A stretch of 37,095 bases of DNA from Perkinsus chesapeaki ATCC PRA-425 (lineage: Eukaryota > Protista > Perkinsozoa): assembly GCA_013115145.1 (NCBI GenBank), contig JAAPAO010000354.1:1-37095 (forward strand), in the 5' to 3' direction. The position numbers and the translations under genes are program-made. Within the stretch, counting starts at the first letter, position 1. Every line of letters starts with the position of its first letter. The notes under the pieces are model-generated. The model was given only the letters and a program-made list of their open reading frames with translations, was not told the DNA's origin and searched no databases. This document shows positions 22,599 to 37,095 of this stretch, one piece after another.

Positions 22599-23543
22599 AT
22601 GTTTCTAACCTACCCACGAGTACCCCACGCTTTGCTAGCTCGTACCAGTGCGTCAGCTGCAGCTGGTGGCGCTCGTCGGGCTGCTGAAATAAAGGCCAAA
22701 AATGCGCCCCACTTTGGCCGGAGAAGTCATAAAAATGCAACTCACCATGAAGACAACAGCACTAGTGTTTCAACCGCAAAGGAAGGACAGGTAGGCGAAG
22801 ATCCTCAGTGTCACAGGACGAACTAGTTGGATAGGTTACTAACGCTCAGACCGCCCAAGTGCCCGGCCCGACTACGGGAGCGAGACCAGGTAAGGGCGAG
22901 CTCGGTAGTGGGATGCCTACTGTGGGGTACTTTAGGTATAATGGGTGCTATAGCCGATGGTATGGCATCTGGTTTGGGATGGGGTATGGGTATGCGACTA
23001 ATGGATGGCATATTTGGCCCTAGAACAATGGAAGTAGTGCACCATCATGAACAGGGACAAGGTAGTGACGCCCGTCCTGGCTTTCCCGTCCTGGCTCGCG
23101 GACCCTATGGAATCCGGGTCGTATCTCTATTTCATCGTAGCTGATCCGATGCTCCATGCTTTGGAAGAGCATATAGATTCACACCCTCCCAAGGCGTGTG
23201 CATTCGAAGTGTGGCTTGCCTATATTGGTTCATCCTCCCTAGTATTATATTATGCACCGCTTGTAGTGATTAAAGTTACGGTCGATTCAGATCCCTCCAC
23301 GTCCGTAGACCCCGCTTCAAGCTCGGATACCACATCAAACTCCACCGGTCTTGAAGGGGATAATGGCACTTCATGGTTTAGTAATAATTTCTCCTCTATC
23401 AAACAGCTATATATTTCCCAGGCAATGACAATGACCAGGGCATGACAGACGATCCTGGTAGCTCTTGGTTTGGCGGGAGCTCAGATGGAGGAAGCTCGTG
23501 GTTTGGTGGGGATGGGGGCGGAGGGGGCGACTGGGACTTCTAA
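22599..23543 (+). CDS. CHCHD2/CHCHD10/Mix17-like protein lacking CX9C, with SWFG-repeat acidic C-terminus
   Basis: Spliced: basic presequence-like MFLTYPRVPHALLARTS.., PGIMGAIADGMASGLGWGMGMRLMDGIFGPRTMEV, ..GTSWF, GSSWFGGSSDGGSSWFGGDGGGGGDWDF*. Confidence 0.65.
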
Positions 23544-25889
23544 CGTATTGCTGCCAACGCTGTAACTTTGCTTCTCTATTCATCCATTGACTGTAACAGA
23601 GCGTTATGGTACAATTTGAGCGACGTTGAGTTGAGAATGGTACGGGTCTTTGCAGCTGTTTTGGTGATATGATTGGAGGAGCCTCATTGGCGTTTTATTT
23701 TCATGTCAATCGGTATGATTATGACAGGCATCTGCAGGTGAGTAAATGAGTTATGAGATACTGGACATCTTCTAGTGCGACATAAAAACTAAAACTCCGC
23801 GAAATTCGGGCCAATCAGTGTATAGATTGCAAAAACACTCAATGTAAAACTGCTCAAGGCTGAGGGACTGATGGAAGTGATAGTAATTGTTATCTCACAG
23901 GAGTTGGTATTTTCAGCACGAATCTATCCCGGTGTTGAGGGAGGAATGGCGAAGGCGTAATATGAACTGCTATAATGTGAGGGAAATGTGGTATTAATTA
24001 TTCGAGGCGTTTATCAGAGATATACCGCGGACCCCAGCAACGAGCTCTTGGAGGAGATCCAGCGAAATCTGGATATCACTGTGCAGTAATGCTAATAGTG
24101 TTTTATGGAGCCTTACACGGTGGTCAGACGATGTAAACGTCAGCTGAAAACGGATAGCAGGGAGCAAGATGTTAAGGACTGTCATTTGGCGATTGAACAG
24201 GTTATATAGGGGAGGGGCGAGGCATACGCTATCAATTGAGGGAATAGTTTCTCAGCGCAGGCTCTTAAGTATCCGACAGAAAGGACATTTCCTCGGTTAG
24301 AAGTAAAGACTTTGTGAAAATGGTTCCTCGAACTTTCTGCTTTCACAGCAAAGTATGTAGGCTCCTATTGTGATAGGCTCTTCCTGGAGTTGGATGCGTA
24401 CATATGAGTGCTATTGCTCGATACTACCTTTGATGTTATAATGGTTACAGAACGTCCGGAATGATTTACGATACAATGTGTATCTGATCTTAGCGTGACT
24501 TTTATATTATTTATATACTTTGTGAAAGGTTTCAGTAAATTTAGTGGCACCGAAACCTCCACACTGCATACATCGTACCTGGTCACAGTTTAGGGTAGTA
24601 CTATTGTAAACGAGAGCAAAACAACGCATAAGTGGCAGAGTTATCAGCACTATACACTTGGTACACTTGATCCTGTTCAAGGGTGCTCGAAACTAATTGG
24701 CAGTTGCGTGCTCGGAAATGAAGATTTCAACCTTTGTGGAGTTTTGGGGAAGTCCTGTATTTTGTTTGGGGAACTATCTTATCGACTGATTGAAGTAAAT
24801 TTAGGAACTCTTAATTTATAGTTTTGTTCTGATAAAATCAGGGAAGATATATCAAAAAGGTAGTCATGAAATTTTCATGATTATATACAGTACGCGAATG
24901 GTAAATGGCGCGTTGGGTGTCGCCGGCATAACTTCGTAACCAGATCAGATATGTATCTAAGTAGTACTTAAAATATTTACAGTCGATATTTACTTTTACT
25001 TAAGTGTATACATGCTTCTAGTACTGTTGTATCGTTTAAGTGCTTCGCAGGTTTGATTTCCTTGAAACATTTTCAGCAGCATTTTTGGCTGTAGGAAACC
25101 TTCTGTAGTGCAAGCTGCATTTCTTCTAATCCACTCAGACCTACACGCAGTGTATGGAGGCGGCGGAGCTAGCAGAAGACCCGATCAATAGAAGTGAAGT
25201 GAAGCAATATCCTATTCATAAGGTCCGAGATGGCGGAGCGCTTGCTAGGACCGCCGGGACGCTCAGGTCGAGTTTGGTGATGAAGATACGTATTCTAGAA
25301 AAAAGAGTCCGGGTACTAGTATATTTCCATTCTTGTGCAGTTCGGCAAGAGACTGACAAAAGGGCATGGTGGGGGACTGGGATTGTTGCAATGTTTATCA
25401 AGTTTCCAGTGTTAGTGCGCGATGTTGGGTTTTAATAGGGAACATATTGCTCGGTAACCAGTGGCATACGTTATGGGGAGTATTATTATCCATCTATTAC
25501 GAAACTCCGTTATTATTCCTTTTGTGGAGATAGGGATATTTTTGTCCCTATTATTGCTGTTTTCAATTTCCAACACACTTTCCTTTTCTAAAGCTCTCCT
25601 ATCTTCAAATTACGCTGGAAGGGTTATAAGTAGTGCCCTTTAACTGAATCTCTTATGTACATCTCACTTCAACAAGTGTGCTTTTACATTGGGGCTCCAG
25701 TAAGGAATGGCAAAATGTACGCGTCGTATTTCCGTGCATCATCCCACCCAACGGAACACTAGTTGGAAAAAACGGTTTCGAATTATCATCCCGGAAAAAT
25801 CGATTATGCGGAGGGGTTCTATATCTCAAGTCTTTAGCTGCTTTTATTCCTAGTATTGGCAGTCAACTCAAGTGGCAGCATCATTCATA

Positions 25890-29253
<3,364 letters not shown>

Positions 29254-29649
29254 ATGTTGCTGCGGTGTATCTTTATCAACTTCATAAAAGCTACTGCTAC
29301 AATTGTTTCTAACTTCATACCTCCTGGAGAGCCCACAACACCGACTACTTGCCCTTTCATCCGGCGTCCCAGGATCGATCCCGGGCACCGTCATATCATT
29401 TTCCGATATCGGACTAGTCTTGAGTGTACTAGGTATCATTAGAACCGTTACATCCCACGAGGCAGAGAGATTCCACTCGAGGGAGCCACCACTGTTAGCT
29501 TCAGTTTTTTTCTAAAGCTCCGTATTGAGTTTGTCAATGAGTATCGTTGAAAGATACTCCAATACTTGTTGAAGCACGCATGAAGCTAAGATACGCATCG
29601 CAGGCGATGCTCATAATATATTGTGGGATTGCGCAGTATAATTTGAATT

Positions 29650-32600
29650 ATGGCTTCCGAGGGTGTTGATTCGGCAATGCAGTCGCGGACGAAAGGTGCA
29701 TGGTTTGATGATAGTAAAATTCAGGAAGATTCAAAGTAGGTTAACCGTGCACTTAGTATAGGATTGCCGGCCAGGTCCTTCAAACTAGACTTCGCAAAGA
29801 CAAATCGCAATGATTTTTTGAAGTCTGAAAAACGACATGAGATATTGAAAAAGGGTCGAAGTTTCTACGAGTCACAAGATAGCGGTAGTCGTCCAAGTAG
29901 CGCCGCCTCGGGAGCTCTCACGGTCTTACACGGTGATTCGGTTATGACCAGATTACTGAAGGACTTGAGGTGAGGTGGCGAGTGGATAGCTTTGGTTGAA
30001 AGTTGCTGTTGTAGGGCGATATTCGACGCTCTTGATGCTGACGGGAATGGTAGTGTTACCATAGCGGAGGTGAAGGCTAATGCACAGTGGCTGCACAAGT
30101 AAGGGGAATTCATGGCGAGGGTAGCATCTCGGCCCTGAGGGCCGTAGTGAGCTTTAAGATGGGTATCGTAAAATATGGGTATATGATTTTTACTAGCATA
30201 CATAGAAGTGCGGAACTCCAATTAGCACTTGAAGTAGTTGACTTTGCATTCATAAGAAATAGTTGCACTGGTATGGAACGTGTCCGTAGTTGTTGGACAT
30301 ATTAACAACAGTGAGGGCTATCTTTGTATGATACAAGGGAGAACTTTCCGTTGGCAGGGGATGGCATTCATCTTGCTGCATAGTCGCAGGCCTCGGCGAG
30401 GAGAGGGGTGTGGTCTAAAATGGCTTTAGATGTGACCTGAATCCAGATAGCATTTATCGAATGTTAATCGCTTGACTTTGAGGAATTCCGTATTTATGAT
30501 TTACTAATGCTTATAATCATTAATAAATCTTAATTGTTTCATATCAGCTATCTACATCGATTCGTATGTTTATAATATATATTATTGATGGTATTATAAT
30601 TATATGTGCCTACCGGTATGTAATTATATATTATTAATTATCTGTGATTTTATAATTATAGTCAATTAATTTATACATCTTTCATCTCATTTCTATCAGT
30701 CATATTTTAATCTTAGTCTAGGCCTGTGTTCGCTGCCAGGATACCATCACAGGTACTACCCCTACCTTACCCGATATGTCCGCACCATGGACGCGGATGG
30801 CTCTGGTATCCTCGACTTTGACGAATTCGTACGTTTCTGTACCTCAGCTCGCATAAGATCGGAACTGAGAAGGTGAGCTTGGATGATGCTGAGGGAACTG
30901 CTGGAGTTGCTTTGACTCGGTTGCAGGTATAATACTATGACGTCTCATGACATTATACGGGAAACGTACAAGGTTATTAATAGTCGAGAAATCGGAAGGT
31001 AAGGCGGTCAATCAGCTCTCACTGGATTCGATCTACTCCTGGCGAGCTACATTATGTCTTATCTGGGCATCTAGTACGCATCACTGTTTTGGTTATCGAA
31101 TGAGTACTTGTCGAGTTAGAGCGTCTTTGGGCTGCTAGTACTGTAGCTTAAAACACAGAACTGTGCGGATTTGTTATCGCGCTGCTGGGAAGCTCAACGG
31201 AGCATAAATTAGCAGCTGCAACTAACTCGTGAAGAGCTGCTCATTGTCCGAGCCGACATTCGTTTATGCTACTGGCTGGATTAGGGTCGTCTGAAGGTTG
31301 CCTTTTAGGGAGGTTTATCGGTTACGTAATCCGCTGGACGCCTTGAGGAAGTGTGAGGCTCACGGACTACCTTGTAGAGACATACACACGCATGGGCTCA
31401 GGTGAGCAATTGTTAATTTTGTGGGAGCAAATCTTGTAGTGGATGAACACCTCGCTATGTACACTCGAAGAGTTTCCGTGGTTTACCCGTCCGGAGCTGC
31501 CCGTGCGCTGAAATGTCGTGTCAACCAGCTCGAAAAATGACAAAAGTAGTTGTCGAGATAGAGTTGAGCAAGCTCGGCTGATCGAGTGGAGAGAATTCAA
31601 TGGCAAATGAACTTACTCGAACTTCGCGGAGTACTGTACTAGTACTGCTCACGAATATTTTCTCGATAATATATAATATTACGCTCTAATATATATACTT
31701 TTTTAATGTAGCTTTGATGCGTATTTTCCTACGTCGTTTTACACCTATTTCCACTATGTAATATGATGACAACTGTAGGTTCTACGCATTAGCATTGCCC
31801 TGGTAATCTAGTAGACTTGCTGCTTCCTCCTCAGGATAGAATGGACGTTGTATAATATACAGCGCACGATAGACTCCACTCCACCAGGTGTAGCAATAGG
31901 TAGCCCTCCCTTTGATGCTGCTGGTGTAAGAGGCTTGAAGATGCGCTTTTGGCCAAATGGCTTTCACACACAACGACAGAAGAAACTGAGGTGGGGAGAT
32001 GCGTTCCACTTTCCGATGTGAAATTCCAATGCGTACTGTCAATGAACGATGAGTTTCAATGAACTGGCATGGTATTTATTACAGACTCACTATCGATTCA
32101 TTTATCAATGTATTATATGGGTAACTTTGCAAGAAGAGCTCTTTTGGTCACAGGGAAGATCAGTGTTGATAGATCTGTTGGCCTTCCTGGCTGATTCCTG
32201 CAGTTCACCCTCCGCACTGTGAAAACAAACATACCTTATAGTGCTGGGATATGCAACCGTTCACCAACATTTCCACGGAATTCACCTGTCCAGTTGTTAA
32301 TGTATTGATTGCATATCATATTCACAGAGTAACTCCAATACTGGTTACCATTGCCTGATAATAGCGGAGTGAATTCATTGATACTGTCTTCGGAGCTGAC
32401 GATACTTCTCCTTGTGTGAATCCCATTACAATAGAAGCCTCCGCTACGCGGTGAGATTTCGTGACATCGAGCACCGGTTTGGTAATGCCACCACTAATTA
32501 TTGACGAGTTCGCTATTAAGGACCGCTTCAATTGGTTCTCTGAGGAGCTTCGTGGTTATGCTGTTGTTTGGTGTCAGGTCCAAGAACACATACAGGCTTG

Positions 32601-33166
32601 TGTCCGGCTGGTGTTGCATAGGTCTCTTCGCTCCAGTAGGAGTCTATTTGAGGATGAGATTCTTCATAGGAGATAATGATGTGTAGGTTACAGTGTCGCG
32701 CGCCACGAAATTCAAAATTGTCTTTTAGCTCTCCGATGAAGAAATGTTATTTCACCAGTGGTGTAATTACAAGCCAGCTGTGGGAGCCGGCTAAGGTGGG
32801 GTAGCTCTTCTGTACGTTGCTTCCTATATAAATGAAGGGGGGGGGGGGTCTTTTGCTCATACTGCCCCCTCCCATCCCCTAGCACCTTCCTATTGGAGGC
32901 TGTTCATCGCGCTTATTGGGACCTCCTTGATCAGATCAGTATCCCAGACTTCCAAGACCGAAGGGATCTCGTGGTCGGCGTCGAAATCTTTGAAAATCTT
33001 GCCTGTGCGCGGCGAAAGATATCTTTGCAATTGCCGGACATACGGAGAGCTAAAGAAGCCGAAGTAAGTGCCTTGGTACCGGTGTGAAGAGTGAATACTT
33101 GTTGCATTCCAGGATAAACCAAAACAACAGAGAATAGTCACCTATCACGATGCAGCACCGAAGTGA
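29650..33166 (+). CDS. EF-hand protein followed by MATH-like domain exons; one gene or two adjacent genes
   Basis: EF loops FDALDADGNGSVTIAE and MDADGSGILDFDEF. MATH-like IEWTLYNIQRTIDSTPPGVAIGSPPFDAAGVRGLKMRFWPNGF and DRRDLVVGVEIFEN. Continuity between them is not proven. Confidence 0.6.
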
Positions 33167-33435
33167 GGAGGCCGCCAGACGGGGAATGTCTCGCCGAATT
33201 TTGCACGCTTTCACTGTGGTTTTGTACCACACATTCAATTTAGTATTTCATTAGCCTTATCTCGTTATACGGTGTGCGGTAAGTGCCGATGTACACGATG
33301 CTCCAGATTGACCTGCAGAATACTTCTCACACAGCTTCTCGGGAACCAGGCATCAGTAACTGAATTTCAATTATTGAAACGACTTACGATTAACGCCAAC
33401 TGTCGTCAGCGTCACTCGCCGACATTCAATTAAAG

Positions 33436-36429
33436 TTGAAGGTGGATCGTAGTACCGAGCGTTTGAATCTTAGGCTTGATAATGGTGATGCCGAGGTTTG
33501 GAATCGAATGCCTTCTCTTAGCGCGTGGTACTCGCGGAAAGTCCAAGAAGACGCCCGTCTATCCGAGGAATATATCTCCTTAAGCGGCCGATGTGTGGAC
33601 GTTCGACGTGCCAGGAGCCGGGATAGAACCAGCGTCTTTGTCGTCTCGAAGCTGGCCGGTTCCTCGCCCACTTGAACTGTTGTTATTGTAAAGTGTAGAG
33701 GTAGCATGTTCAATATCATTTACTGAGGGTGTCCATATGATAGCTCTCGAGTTTATAAATGCTGACATCATGAGCTCATCTCGAAAACGGAGCACCACCA
33801 AGAATGGGTGTCTTGTATTGAAAGACCTCTCAGGCTTTGCATACCTCTCCCCGTGGGCCGCTCGCCTGGGTCATTGGTGTCTATTTGTGGGGGAGATTCT
33901 GGTCGATTTGCGCGAACTGACTGGTTTGGCGGGCGAACTCCGGCGACACTGATCGCCTCAGGCAACATTTTGCTCTGTGTAGTGACCTAGGGTGCCGCGG
34001 TCACTGAGTTACTGATAGGATGGTCCTATTAGGTGTTTGTTAATATGTTCTCATCAGCTCCACAGCATGAGACTTCTGTAACTAAAGCCGATCTATTTTA
34101 TACTGAGGAAACCTTCGGAAGAGATAGGAAAGGTGAAGAGGAGGGAAGGTCTTTTCCTCCTCATCCTTTATATGTTGCCCAAAGGCCACTGTGTCTGCCT
34201 CCTCTATGTCAATTTCATGTGGAAACTGGCATAATGGTATGTGTGAGGTCCGTTTAATACGTTACGTTGCACCATCGCTCACCGGACGCGCCCACAAGGC
34301 ATTGAAATCTCGAGGGATTTGACATTTCCAGTTCGAGACAAATCAATAATAGCGAGGTCTAAGGTGTTTTGCTTTACCGTCACAGTCACTGTGTCACTCG
34401 ATCTGTCTGTGGCACAGGCTGTGTGGGCCTGTATCATACAGAAAATGGTGAACTCGAAATACATAACTCATGAAAATTGCTCAAATAGCGCAGGTCCATC
34501 TGGTAAAGGGAAGCGCTTCGTTTCTATTACCACTCACATTGATTTTCTTATAATCTTTGTCCGAAATTAGCTCCTTCAGGCAAAACCGTGGATGACACCG
34601 ACTCTGAATGGAGCGATGACACACCGTATGACAGCGACAATGAGGATGGAAGCATGATCGGTGTGGACAGCGCCTACTTGGAAGATATGAGCACCTTCTA
34701 TAATAGGATTGTTGAGCATAGACGGGGAGGCTCGACTCATGTTAAGGTAGATCTCTGAATGGTTGTGGACGGAAGGTGGTGGCTGGTGGTTGCAGATTGA
34801 CGCGCTCAGACAGAGGTTTTGGCGTCTGCTCGGCGCAGTTCATCTACCTGGGCAGACAGTTAAGATATTGAAGGAGCTCATGGGCACTGTGCAGGTGGGG
34901 CGTAGACAGGGATTAAGAGCATCATTGGGGGCACGAATAGTCATCGAGAAAGCATAGAGGAAAAACAGATACATTCTCTTATCGTCTGGGACAGAATCTT
35001 CGGCAAAATTCCTTTTGAAACACTGCGTCAGAAGTATCCTTGGATTGACGAGGAACACATTTCTGTGAGGGTGGGAGACTGCTCTTCGATCAGATACTGC
35101 ATAGCAGCATAATGGTAGACAGCGCCAGGCACTACAGTATAATATTCCGGATAAGAGGGGCGCGCTGCGTCTATGAGCAAACCACATACGGTGGGCAGCC
35201 ATTCCCGAGACTGGCTTGACAAAGGGTGTCTTTAGGCGACCCCGATACACAAGTTTTTGACATGGTGGAAGGTCAGCCGGCGAGCATGGTGGAGATGCCC
35301 AATGTCAAAGCCAATCTGTAAGCTATGATACTGACGGAATTCACTGTGGTGTTTGAAGCTTTGGAGCTTCGAACTGCAGTGATTCCTTGCTCAATACTCC
35401 TTATTGTGGTCAAGCAGTTTTACTTTCTCGTACAATTGTTTGCTAGGAGAATAAATGACGATATAATATTTGATCTGGAGTATTGTTACCGGCGGCACCA
35501 CAGAGTGCCAGTCCGAACTAGACCTGGCCTTGTTATTCACGAGGAGAAGCTCACAAAGCTAATAGGTAGGACCGCGCGCCAGGAAACTCTCAGGATGATT
35601 TCTAGGCCCTACTGTGCTGGCATGTCGAGGAGCATCGGTTTGGCAGCTTCTTGGTGTTATATGCTCCGATCCCTTGACTCAAGGATTTCAGCATGTACAC
35701 TGCCTTTACGGTACCTTGTTATGTTGTGCTGCTGCTGCTGTTAGATACTTCCATTTCATCTGGGAAGTGTGGCTTATAGAGTTGATCCACCATCGATCGA
35801 TGTAGGAATATTGCTAGTGTGCCGTGTTGCGTATGCAGACATTGTCGTAATGATTGTTTATATATTATTTTTATGCCTCCACTTCCTCATTACATTTATA
35901 CATTATTTTTATACCACATTATCGCATCTGTGCTACCTTTCTCTCAGGCCGACCCCTCAGCTGAGTTCTTGGGCACTACAGAAGGCAAGGCGCTCCTAAC
36001 CAAGAGGAGGCCTCCCCGGGCGCGTCTCCCCGCACCATCGTTGCGCAGATCGTACACGTAACATGTCGCGTGTTTTGTTCCCTTTATGAGGTGTTCCGTT
36101 GTTTGAGTTCACTAGAATAACACAACAGCAGCAGCAAGTATAAATAGTTAACATCACACAACACTTTTCGGTATGCCAGGCGTGCTGTGACACCTCGGTA
36201 ACTGCAAGAGGTCCATCGTGCCAATGCATACCGGCAATCCCTTACATGGTTTCGACGGTTAAAACTGTTGCTGCTCCACATGTCCATTGCGGGATCGTTG
36301 CTCTCGGCGATACACGAACGCTTGGGTGCAGAAGATTCACACCGTCTGCCGGCCATGGAGTCCCGGAATAAGTTGCGACCGCGTACTTCGGCGTCTGATG
36401 ATGATGAAGTGTCAATAAGTGACCCTTGA
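33436..36429 (+). CDS. Large multi-exon hypothetical protein (start and gene count uncertain)
   Basis: + strand exons with canonical splice sites: DDTDSEWSDDTPYDSD.., IDALRQRFWRLLGAVHL, LIVWDRIFGKIPFETLRQKYPW, RRINDDIIFDLEYCY, RANAYRQSLTWFRRLKLLLLH..SISDP*. Confidence 0.5.
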
Positions 36430-37095
36430 GAATGTTTTAGATCTGTTAAAATTGAAATAGCTGACGGAATGTATTATGTTTATTGAGTATTCAATCATTT
36501 GTATCAATTTTTGGCTTTTGAAATGCTCTCGAGATCGTGGTGGTAATAATCGATCGACATAGAGTACGAAATAACCTCTCGGAAAAAGGATTTGCTCTCA
36601 ACGTAAACTTGTCATTCTCTCTATTATGTTGTATTTCACAATGTCTTGTTATTTTCCCATCTTACTATCAGCACCATCTCGTAGCAGCTGTCCACGCCAG
36701 TTGTTAGGCAGCCGAGGGAACCTCGGAAAATACCTGACACAATCCATTGTCCCCCGTGTCTCTTCGTGTGCATGCGTACGGATCATTATAGCCTCCACCA
36801 ACATACAGCCCATGAGTAGCTTTTATACAAGTGTTAAAGTGATGGGATATGTCATGGCGAGCAGGATACCCTCCACCACCGAATGACAGTGACATATTAT
36901 CAGTTACCAACTCACCGGGGGGCAGCAGTAATTGTGCGCAATTGCTTTTGCGCGCGCCCTTCTAATCGATTCGGACTTTTTCCGCGCAGTTTGTACGTAC
37001 AGTGTTAAGTCTCTTGTGCAGTCTGTAGATGCATGACGTTTGTATATCTGTGATACTTCGCTTCGCTCATGCGAGCGCGGTTTCATTTCCGTTTC

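Noticed and set aside
29348-29393. tRNA-like 3' half (CTTTCAT loop, GTCCCAGGATCGATCCCGGG)
   Set aside because: Anticodon and acceptor stems do not pair and there is no good A-box or D-arm. At best a degenerate relic; tRNAscan-SE would be decisive.
32823-32880. CCTATATAAA plus G12 run resembling an LTR TATA box / polypurine tract
   Set aside because: No TG..CA LTR pair, PBS or pol fragments nearby. It lies in an ordinary intron.
31782-33141. Minus-strand ORFs resembling a secreted protein or aspartyl protease
   Set aside because: The + strand has MATH-like motifs and strong splice sites, and no DTG/DSG catalytic motif was found on the minus strand.
36704-36910. Minus-strand ORF with LYVGGGYND (Kelch-like)
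   Set aside because: Single weak motif, with no repeats or supported exon chain inside the window.

Overview
Eukaryotic, intron-dense, compact genomic DNA. Most introns are ~35-55 nt GT-AG, a minority are 200-850 nt, and there is one 87-nt N gap. The intron architecture, short intergenic gaps, gene style and a spliced-leader-like 17-mer suggest the alveolate Perkinsus (inference, not verified). Genes recognised by manual splicing and motifs: PWP1, VPS20/CHMP6, XRN2 (Rat1), an intronless RD/RS-Pro-Gln low-complexity protein, a short hypothetical protein, an ankyrin protein, a coiled-coil protein, an intronless TruD/PUS7, a minus-strand hypothetical gene, a LEA_2-like membrane protein, a CHCHD2/Mix17-like protein without CX9C, a PKA catalytic subunit, an EF-hand (+MATH-like) gene and a large hypothetical gene. 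Non-coding features: a Tc1/mariner-type MITE in the last PKA intron, a decayed PKA duplicate, a 28-bp minisatellite, intronic hairpins and two decaying tandem paralogous exons. The best leads are an exact match to the Perkinsus SL core, a Lys-for-Arg 'GKG' prion-like tail on XRN2, and a tightly packed co-directional cluster rich in RNA-processing genes. No rRNA, convincing tRNA or CRISPR array was seen. Boundaries of the hypothetical genes are approximate.
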